This document shows positions 47,401 to 59,400 of a stretch of DNA of 64,000 nt, piece by piece; the stretch's first letter is position 1; each line of letters starts with the position of its first letter. The notes under the pieces are model-generated. The model was not told where the DNA came from. It did no database searches and saw only the letters and a list, made by a program, of their open reading frames with translations. This DNA is from a virus: positions 1 through 64,000 of IMG/VR virus record IMGVR_UViG_3300018424_003600; one strand, given 5' to 3'. The position numbers and the translations under genes are program-made.

Positions 47401-50400
47401 GATTTCAATCTTTGTAATTTTTCCGTAACCTAAGTATGCCTTAGCTGTTGCGCCTGTACCATTGCCGCCTACAAATTTAATTATAGGTTCATAAGTATAT
47501 CCGCTTCCTGTATCACCTATATCAACTTTGGTTATTTGATAACCTAAATTATTCTTCCAGTTGTTTCTTGGTGGAGTTTCTAAATCAAAGTTTACATCTT
47601 GCAAACTGCCATCAACAATAATAGCTTTACTCGGTTCTATTTTTCCAGTCAAACTATTATACTTAGGCGGTAAATCAAAATCAGTTACTACACTGTTGGT
47701 TTCTTCAGTTACAGTATATTGACTTACAAATTCTCTTAATTTAGTTTTATAAGGTTTAAATTCTTCTACAAAATCTTGATAGCTTTGTAAATTATCATTA
47801 TTGAATGTAAGATCTTTTTGTCCTAGATCGCCTCGATTGTGTTTTGCTTTTACAAAACTAGTTTTAAATACCCAATCTGCTGCTGGCTGTTCAGCCAATA
47901 CATAACGTAGTGTAGAAGCAAAAAGTTTATTATATTCTACTTCTAAATCACCAACAAATAATTTATCACGTATAGTGTTAAGAATTATTCTTAGTTCAAA
48001 TGCAGGATTGCTATCATAAAAATAATTGTCAAAACTTCTATTACTATAACCTATAGTATTTTTACTAAAATTATACAATGACTCATTAAATTCTATGGTA
48101 CCATTTTGTCTACCAATAGTTTTATAATTAACAGTATAATCTTCTGTATCTTGAGTATCTATTTTTTCAAGTAATAACCAGCCGCCTGAGCCAATATTAT
48201 TAATTTTAATAACATCGCCAATGCTATCAGATAGCGTAGGTAACTGATAAGAACCATCAATGTTATGTTTAATGTTTGTAAACTGATTATAACCAGTAGC
48301 GTACCAATCTTTATAATCCCAATAAAGTTCTACGTTATATCCTTGAACTGATATTCTATTCCATGATTGGCTTTCTATATTCCAGCTATGTAGTGCCCAT
48401 TTATCCTGAACTTCACTATCTGCTGTTACAAGTGCAGTAAATGGTCTAACTGTTATAGTAGTGTTATTATCATATCCATAACCGTCATTAGTTATTTTAA
48501 CATTTGTTATTTGTCCTAAATTATTAAGAGTAATATCAAAATCTGCATCAAACCCTTTGCCGTTTATTTTAAATGAAGGTGCTACTTTGTAACCTCTTCC
48601 AGAATTAATAATATTAATTCTTGTAATTCTTCCATTTACTATCACAGGCTCTAAAATTGCTTGTGTAATTTTACTTGTACTAATATATTGTAATTCGCTA
48701 ATAGAGTCAACTGATATATCGTATTTTTTACTAATTAGCGTTGGCGCTTCGTCTTTTGCTGTTAAATCAGATATGTCATACTCATCAGTAATTAGACTAT
48801 TGCCTAATACAAAATTAACTCTTTCAATTGTTTGTTTAAGAGCTTCGATTCTATTAACAAACATACTTTGTCTAGGACGACTTTGTACACCATAACGATT
48901 TTTTACTGTTATATCAGGATCTGGAACTAATCTAGAATTTTCATCAAAGCCAATTAAACTATCAAACCATTTGCGCTCAATATCAGCATCAGGTTTAGAC
49001 GACTTGTCGTTTTCTGAAAGCAATTTATATTGACTATGTAGATTTTGATTTTCTTTTGGACCAGTTGAATATTTAATGTTAAGAACAACATCATCACCTT
49101 CAATAACATCGTCGCAGTTGTTTAAAACAAATTTGTTATTTGTTAGTAATGATAAAAACTTATAACCTTGTGTTCTAGGATTTGCAATAAGTGCTGCAAT
49201 ATCAAATATTGATAAGAATCTGTCTTCCATTACTGGAACTGTTCGTTTTGATTCTACCCAGTAGTAGTACTTGTTTTTAAAAGTTTTAGAAACATCATCA
49301 TATATAATTCTTGTAGAGAATTTTTCATCTCCATACAAAGATGTACCACTTATATCTTGTGATGCACCTTCTGGAGTATCTGCAAGAGTATCCCAAGAAC
49401 TTGGTAGGTAGTCACTTTCAACCCATTCATATATGTTAATAGTTGCGTTAGGTAATAATTTATTCCAGTTATTTTTTTGGAATGTAGTTGAACCTTGGTG
49501 TGCATTAGCAAATTTAGCTGTAGAAATATCCCACCAAACTTTACCAACATATTCGTCTGTCCACACTCTGTCAGGATCAACATTATTATCTGTAAGCTCT
49601 CCTGTGTTATAAAGCGCAGGATCGTATGGTGCTTTAAATGCTATTTCTTGATCAGCTACTCCTGGGATTTTTCCTTGTACAGGGTCTACATAATCAACAT
49701 AAGTGATAATTTCATTCTTTCTTTTATTGTAAAGAAATGCTCCTCTAATTTTAGAAACATCTACAGGAATAACATTTTGACTTATTGCTTCCCAAGCAAA
49801 TACACCATTACCTTTTCTAAAGTCTAACATAATGCCTTTGTAGTCGCCACTGTATTGTTGCGGCATTCCTACATAAACATGATTGTTATTTGAATATACA
49901 TTTTCGCCAAACATACGTTGTGACAACGAATATCTAAACTGTTCAGAATATATTAGTGTATCTTCTAAATTTTCGTAAACATAAACAACACCTTTATCAA
50001 GTATAATATTATTAAATGTAGTAAACTCAGCATCAAATGTTGTAGCAGTTCTTTCTTTAGATGTAGTATCTAATGTATAAGAGTTTTCATCTACTCTATC
50101 TGTATATGTGTCGAAACGTGTTGGAATTTTTTGATCGCCATTTAAACTTGATATAACAAGATTGTCTTCACCAAAGTTTAAACTGTAACCAAACCCTTCG
50201 CTTTCTTCATTATTTGGCGGCGTTAATGTTTGTGTTTGTACAAATTTTCCGTTAACTTGACTATAGATATAAACAATACCTTGATTAATCTTTTTGTCGT
50301 CATTATACGGTGCGCCTATAGCAATTTTTCTGCCATCTGGACTTAGACTAACAACATCTGCAAATCCTTCAGTATTATTAGGAGAAGGTATAACTTGATC

Positions 50401-53400
50401 TACCATATACTTGTCATCTACTTCCCTGTAAACTACAATAGATTTGTGTATAGTACTGTCTGTTTCCATTTGCTTACTAGTAACAATTAAAACATTACCA
50501 TCGTCACTAATATCGAACGCCTCACTAAATTGTTCAATATTTTGTATAGGATCAAATACTTCTTCATTATAAAAATGTGTTGATGTAAGATTCGGCAAGT
50601 AACCTAAGTAATCAATCTTAGTGCTTATTTCACTCCATGATGCATTTGAATTTGAAGGTACAGGTGCATTAACATCAATATTAGTATTAGCAGACCAAAG
50701 TTTGTTATCGTAAACAACTATATTACCAGATTTATAAGTATAAGAATTATCAAAATCTCCTCGATAATTTGTATCTTGGCCGTAACGCCAACTAATGTTA
50801 GTCCAATATATAGAATCTTGTATTACATTTTGTGTTTCAAGAATTGCTTTGTTTGCACGGTAGTAATTATCTTTATAAATTACAATATCGCCTATGTCAT
50901 ATGCTGTTAACTGGTACTCTCCTTTGAAATTATCTGACGGTTTTGTACCGTGTCTAACTATTTCAATAGTTCCTGGATATGTGCGTCTGCCTATTGAATC
51001 GTCTAATAATTCTTCTGTTGTGTCAACGCCCTTAGAGCCAATCATTAATGTATAATAATTATTATTTTGAGTAATTTTTACTAAATTACCAAACTGTCTA
51101 CCAGCATGTCTATATTCTGATACAAATATATTTTGTAAACGATATTCGCCTGCAACTCTTCTAAAAATAGCAACTGCGCCTTCGTTTTCTAGTCCAGTTT
51201 TTGCAACTCCGTATTTGTCTGCAGGAATATTGTAAACTTGAGTATAATCTTTGTTTAGACTGTAAGGAGGATTAGCTAGACGTTGTATTCCAGATTCAGT
51301 ATTTTCGTTGAAGAACCAATATTCTTCGTCAACAACTTCTGGTTGCGTAACAATATTTAAATTGCTATCATTTGCAAATACTAATAATTTACCTACTAAA
51401 TTTGTACCTAGTACAATATCATTATTAATATCTTCAACTGTACCAATTACTCTGTCAACATCGTTAACACCTCTAATGTTTGGATTAACTGTGTTGTTAG
51501 TTCCTGCTTTTCTACGGATTTCGTATCTTCCAATATTTGATAATTCATTCCAATTTCCTGACAACACTTTTACATAAACTCTAATACTATTAAAGTTTCT
51601 TCTCATAAACACAACTTCGGCACTACTTGTTGTAGTTGAAGTTAGTGCTAGTCCGCCTTGTCCGTCTCTTGGAATTTGTACATCTTCTAAAATATCACCA
51701 ATTTGTGGTTCATATGGGAAGCCTTGGAAGTCAAATTCTGTAAGTTCAAAATCTATGTATCCATCCCAAATATCAGTTATTGTATGTTTTTTGTTTAAAA
51801 ATTCGTATGTGAAAGCAGTATTACTTAAATCAATATTTCTATTATCTAAATCATACAATCTAAATTCGTATTCTTCTCCAACTTGTACTATGTTACTAAA
51901 TTCTTTTCCTACTCGAGCAATCCATCTATTATCAAGTTGCGGAGAACTAACTCCGCTAGTTCCGTCTGCGCCAGCCGGGTCACCAGTATACGAAAGACTT
52001 GACAAGAAGCTCGCTTGGTTTTTATTAGTAATGTATGGGCCAACGGCTGCAATTGTATTTTGAATATTGTAATAATAGTTTACTGGACGTTGCGAGTCAG
52101 CAGGTCTAACATCTGCATAAACTAGACCTTTACCTGAATCATAATATCTTCCATTGTTTGAATATGTAAATCCAGTTTCAATATACCAGTAACCTGCAAC
52201 AGCATCTGTTATAGAGTACGTTGATTCTTCTGTATAATCACCAATTAAATCGCCTTCGGCATTGTAAGCAGTACCAGAAATATCAAATACACCATTTGTG
52301 TTTGAAACATAAATTACTGCACTATCACGCCTTGTTCCAACATATACAATTTCCGCTGCGCCGGTGTCTGTAGTAAATGTATCGCCTACGTTAGGCAATG
52401 TAACAAATGTCTCAAGGAAAAATACATGATCTACTTTTTTAGCAATAGTATGTTCTTGATTTAACCAATTAACAGTTATTTCAGCAATTTCATTATCAAA
52501 CGGATATTGAATGTCTGAAGTATTGAATGCATAACTTACTGTATTCCAATATAAGTTTACTAAATCGCCCACTGCTGTACCAAGGTACATATCTTTAGGA
52601 GCTCTTACTAGAATGTGATCAACAGTATTGTTAGGTAATCCAGGATCGCCTGCAACTAATAAATTTAAACTGGTACTATCAGCATCTTGCTGTGATGCAA
52701 TATTAATATATGTATCAAATGTAGTAAACGGTTGATTGCCTATTTGTGGTAATATTTCTCTATTAGCTTTCCATAGTGTTTCTCTATAACGAACAATATC
52801 ACCTTTTACATAAGTCTTATCAGATTGAAAGTCAAAAGTTTGTTCATTTGTATTTGAATCTGTTTTATAAGCCAATTTAGTTTTAATATTACTTGCATTA
52901 GGAACACCTACTACTAAGTATTCACCATCTGGAGAAACATCTATACTTCTACTAAAGTCTAAATTATCTAATGCAAAATAATCATCATTGTCAAGTTCAA
53001 TTTCTTGAGACAAGTTTAAATTAGATGCTTCTCTACTTCTACGGTAGAAATAGACTTTTCCGTTTACATCATTTGGAGAAGCTACAAATACATTGTTGTT
53101 ATCTTTAGTTACAGCAAGACTATCTGTAAATCCATGAGTGGTACTATCGTACTCGCTAGGATTGACTATTGTTTGCTCATTATTGTAAACAGAATTATTT
53201 TCTAATACTGCCCAAGTGCTATTATAGTCATCTATCCATATTTTTTGATCTTGGTAAAATTCTTGGTTTGTTAAAGAATTAACTCCGTTAAGAGAATCTG
53301 TTCTAACAGTCCTTAACTTAACAACTGAAAAGTTTTCTTCTTCAAAATCTAAAACATCATCAGTTAGTTCATTACCAGCAAACGGAACTTCAATTTTTAT

Positions 53401-56400
53401 TTTATTAAGTTCTGCAGAAATAACTTTGTAAAATCCATTAAGTAAATATTCTTCTGCATGTTGTAATCCAATATAGTCTCCTTCAGTAACAATAGAAGCA
53501 GACCATCTATCTAGTGTAAGTTCTCCAATTCCGTAACCTGGATCTGCATCTTCAATCAAAGAAACTGTAAATTCAGATGCATATGCTCCTGAACGAACTA
53601 CTTGCATTACTGTCCAGTCATTAGACTCTGTGTTAGTAATCCAAATATTATCTCCTAAATTTAGTCCATTTACATTAACTAAAATTAAATTTGAAATATT
53701 ACCTATAGTTGTTGCAACATCACTTTCTTTAACATATCCGCCTGTTTTAATATATTCAGATTCAATATTTTTTACAGGAAGAGGTGCATGATCGTAATCT
53801 TCCGGTTTGTCATAAACTTCGTTTGGTAAAATTCTATATATCTTGTCATAGTTAGTAGCAGGTAATGTATTCAGCAATTCAAATGCTTGAGGCGATTCTT
53901 GAACTTTTTCTTCTTGAATAATGTATTCTACTTGTTTAATATCATCAACAGAACCATATCTTCCAACTTGTAATGCCCACTCTTCATAAAATTCTAAATT
54001 ATCTGTAGTCTTACCTAGAGCATCAAACAATTTAGTAAAGACATTCATAGTTCCTTTTTCTGCTATAGCTCCGCGATAAAACTTAAACTGACTTACATCG
54101 TCGTTAATAATGTTTGCAAGATACTGACGCTTTTGGTAACCAATTAGATGCTGAGCCATTCTTTGTTGTTCAATATCAAAACTATCGCTATCTAAATCAT
54201 AAAAGTCTGTAAACTGAGTAGTTCTGTAATCAAAGTTTGTTAACAACTGAGATTCTGGTTTCTCTGAAAGCAAGTACCAATCATTAGAATTAAAATTTTG
54301 TGATCCCGAAATATTTTTTGATGCAACATAATAATATTGTTTGTATTTTACTATGTCGCCAATTGTATAATCTTTCCATTGTGTCCAGTCAGTAAATGTT
54401 CCGTCGTCATACAAGAATCCCGGAATGTTTAATCCGCCATTCCAGTTATCTGATCTATAGCCACTAACTTTAATTCTTTCTTGTCTATAACCAGTTGATG
54501 GTCTATATATGATATCGTTAAACACTGTAGTATTATCTAATAACACAACATGTTCTTTTTGAATCAAAGGTAATGATGCATGGAATAAACCCTCGTCGGT
54601 ATTTGTAACTTCAACACCAAAACTGTTTTCGTTTCTAAGTAAACTATTAAATTCTGAATCTAAAAATAAACCGTCTGCTTTCAATATTGAATATCCATAA
54701 AACGGATCTTTAATATCGTCAACAACATAAAAATCTTTTTGGAATTCTAATATATTTGCAGCAGGACTTAGTGTAATAATACCTCCAGAAGCCCAACCTT
54801 GGGTTGTCCAGAACATAAATTCTTTTGCGCTTTGATTCCAATTGTTTACTTCTCCAAAGCCTTCACTCACATCGTCAAATATAAATCCAATATCTGTTAG
54901 TCTTTCGTTATACCCTAAAATAAAATCTACAACTTCTTGTACTGTTTTTAATCTAGTACCATATTCTAAAGTTTTTACAGATGTTTTATCAAAATTCTTT
55001 TTAAACTGTGCAACTCTGCCGCCTTCAATTGGCAAGGTTGGTAACTTAGAAAGATTTTCTAAAGTAAAACTTACTCCAGTTTCGAAAGATTTTGTAACTC
55101 TATAATACGAATTATTGTGTATTATAATTTCGCCTGCTGTATAAAGTGTATTAGAATCCCAAGGAACAACTGCTTCGTTTATTCCTCCTACCGTTACAGT
55201 AGAAGAAGATGAACCTTCTCTAGCTTCATAATATTCAAAATAAGGTTTTTCTAAATTGTAACCTCTAAGTACATAACCAACTTCGGCTTTTTCTACAATT
55301 AATCCACTGTATATTGCTAGTTGCGAAGGACTACTTGTGTTTAAGAAAATTTGGTAATTTTCTTGTGGTACAAAAATTCCATCTTGTGTAAGATTTTGTG
55401 TAGGTGATCTGCTATCAAGTATAAGATTGAATTTTGGTTTACTAGTAAAGCCTCCAATTTTTATACCAATTTGATTTGATATATTTTTAAGATTAGTTTC
55501 ATAACTTGAATAAAGTGTTAAAATATTACTTGCTACTAGATTGTAAACATAATTTACTAAACCAGAAGTTAACACTCTTGAATCTGAGTTGTAAGTATTT
55601 GGTAATAATAAATTTTTTGTTTCGATAGGTTTATTTGTTTCTTTATAAACCCATTGATTAGCTTTGTTTTTATTAATTCTAGATATATCAAAACCTAAGC
55701 CCATTACTTTTGCAGGCTTGTTTAATAGATAAGATGTTAATAGTGCAAACGGATATTCTGAACTTCTTCTCCATGCATTTTCTGTAGGAGAATAATCTCC
55801 AAAACTAAAGTTTCTAGACGTCTGCTGGATGTTAAATCCGTTAGCATATCCTATTCTAGTAGGAGTTACTAATTTTCCATCACTACCAACAGGAATATGA
55901 TTAGTTAGCCCAGGACGAGCATAATCTAAATTTATTCTAACGTTGCCGGGTTCTGCAATCTTACCGGCTTCTAAATCTTTCCACAACACCAAGTTATCAC
56001 CAGTATACGGCGCAGGACCATATACTTCATCCCACCAACTTGGTTTTATTGTGATGCCTAACATTTCCCATGGGCATGTGTGCGGACGATCTGTATCAAA
56101 CGCATAAACAAACAATGATCTCCAAAATCCTGGATTTTTATTTCCGTTTGGTGTTTTAGTATCGGAGTAATTAAATGTCCAAGCATTATTTCTATCGTAG
56201 AATGTATTGTTTGTATAACTTGTATTAGTTAAACTAGTAGTCAGCCATTGTTGGAAATCTCCAAGTAATGTTCTATTAATTTCATTTCTACTAAATTCAG
56301 TTTCTCTATGATCTCCTGGAATAAAATTATGAATGTCTAATCTATCTGTCGAATAATCAGCTTTAATGTTATTGAATATTCTTTTTTCTAATTCCAGTAA

Positions 56401-59400
56401 TAGTTCGTCTCTGTAATCTTTGTATGCTTTAATAAAGCTACCGTCATGTCCTTTAACAAAAGCAACGCCTAAAGGATACTCGTTAATTTCAACATTATCA
56501 TAATGTCCGTAAAAAGAACCGGTTGCAGGCATATAGAAAATTTTGTTTAAACCAACAAATGTAATTGTGTTAGCAGTATCATTTGCATCTGCATCTTTAG
56601 CAGCTTTTCTAGTTGTATATATAGGATAAAACCAGCCTCTAGTTCCTTTGTTGCTGCCTGATTCAGCTTGTCCGTAAATTTTAAATGGACCAGTTTCTGA
56701 AGGTTCATCTACTATAACTGTATCATCAATGTATAGTTCTGGTTCATATTTAGGATAAAGTCCTAACTTTGTAGGTGTTGGAGGAACAAATGATCCGTCA
56801 GTATTATCATACTCATAAATTTCTATCTTGTCATCTTCGACTTGTCCTGCATCAATACTTACATAACCTGTAGAGTCAAAATTATAATCTCTGCCATGTA
56901 TTAATTGTTCTCCGTTCAAGTATACTAAAACACTTTTTACAGACAAACTAGATAGATTAAAAGGAGAACTTAAAGGATATTCTTTTGTTCTAGGATCTAA
57001 AACTGTATATTCTATAATATTAGTGTTGCTATATGATAGCATATCACTAAAGTAAAACGGCTGAGTTTTTACTTTATCTTTATTAATTTCTTCTAATAAT
57101 TTATCAACATGTACTTTAGTAGTTCCGTCATACCCTAAACTTAGAGCACTTTCTAAAAATACTTTTTTAAATCTTGAATATTCATTTTTAGAATATTTTA
57201 AGGCTTTTATAATATTAGTTTCTTTATTTGTTATATGATATAAAGATAAATTTATCGGTCCGCTGTGTTTTACAAAACGCTTACCAAATCTATCTAAGTT
57301 TCCTAAATCACGCAAATTACTTGAGCCTAAAAACACACCTTTAAAGTTTGGTAATTCTTCAAGCATAGTGTCAACATGATCAACTACTTCACCTAAGGTA
57401 AACTCACTTACATCCTCGTTTAGTGGATTGCGTTCTAGGTTATGTGGGAACTCATAATGTCCATTACTATTTTTAGATGTTTTAGATCTTGTTTTTATTT
57501 TAACAATATCTCCAGAATTTAAATTATCATAAAATCTAACATATGCAATTTTGTTTATTCTGTCAAGTTCATAATCTGTTAATTTAATTTGTATTTTATT
57601 ATTAACATAAACTACAACATATAAATCATTTAAATCTCCAGAATTATTATAAACATCTATTGCAAAATTATTATTTTTTATGTCTGTTACATCGTATTGT
57701 CTAACAACATATTGTTTACTTTCTGTAGGAATGTTACTGAAAGCATTTACATAAGTAAAGTCCGAAAGTGTTTTGTATTTTTTTAGGTAGCCAGAACTAA
57801 TATCTTGAGATATAATTTCTGTTCCTTCTTGATATTCAAATGTATCGTTTAATAAATCAAAGTTAAAAAGTATATCACTCGAATTTTCAATAGTTCTGTA
57901 ATTTAAAGGAAATCCTAACTCTAAATCATTAGTACCTTCACCTAACTTATATGAAAATAATTTAGTTCCTTTAAAGGTAGTAGATTCATAATAAGTTTCG
58001 TCAGCAAAACTATTATCGTTTACATCACAAACTTCAAATAACGGAGACTGGTTTCTTTGAGTTTTTTCTTGTGCTTCTAGCCAGCTTCCGCCGTGATAGT
58101 GATAACTTTTTCCTGCATTTTTTACACCACTAGTTACTAGTATAGTTTCTAAATCTTGCGGTTCAGTATCATCAGTTTCAATTAATGCAATTTGTTTATT
58201 ATTACCAATTTCAATAAATTTAACTTGATAAATTTTTCCAGATACTAAAATATCAGTATCTGCTACAAAAAGAATGCGCATGCCTTCTGCTAAATCAATA
58301 CCGTCGATATTATACCCTAATGCTCCTTCAATTGTACTAAAAACATCTTTTGTAAAAGTATCAATTAAATCAACATCTTTTTTAGCAAAACTACCAAAGT
58401 TGTTTAATTTTAGTCCTGCTTCAAATTCAATAATCGGACGTTTAGCTCTTTTGCTTTCGTCAATATTTTCAGGTAAATTATTAAATTTAAAACTATCTTT
58501 TAAAACATCTTTATGGAACCATTTATTATAACGACTCCATGCGTTTCTATCTTTACTTGCTCTATTAATAATAATATAATCTGGTTCAGTTGCTGAAGCA
58601 GTAGCATCAGAAAAAGGTAATGTATCAAATTCTTCACTATCAAATGGAACATAACGTGCTTCTGTATATGCAGCAGGAATAATTAAATCTTGATCTTTGA
58701 TTAATTTAATATTTTCTCCTACACCTTCAACATACCAATTATTTTGAGCATAATAAGCAGGTTCAACATCGCCTTGGAACTTAATCTTCATACCGTTGGA
58801 CAATTCAACTCCGTTTGCACTTAGATATGTTTTCTTTCCTAAGATTTCGTCAGTAACATTTAAGAAAGCATTTTCTTCAATGTCATAAATTTTAATTAAT
58901 CCGCTAGTGTCAATTGAATTCTTGCTAACATAGTATAATCTATTAGGTGCGTTAAATGGAATTGTAAATTCAATTGTACCTTTTTCAACATATGCAACTG
59001 CAACTTCTTCACCTTCTTCACCTAATTTGCGTATTCCGTCAGGATAAAGTGTTGAAACGTTTTCATCATCTTCAAAAGTAACACTGCCGCCGGAAGGAAG
59101 AACAATAAAGTCTCCTTGATCATATTCATTGCCATATAGATCTGCTCCAAATAGTCCGTCAGCTCTTATTCCTTCTGTTCCTGCTGTTAATATTGCACTA
59201 CCTGGAGTAAAACTTCTAGTAATTGCAAATGCTATTGGATGTCCTGGAGTGTCAATATCAAAACGATAAGTTTGTCCTCTATAAAGTTTTAACGATGGAT
59301 TTCTAGTCAATCCGTCATTAAAGACATATGCTTTATTATCTCCTTGATCTTCAATAGTTACAGAATACGTACTAACAACTTCTCTACTTTGTCCTCTAAC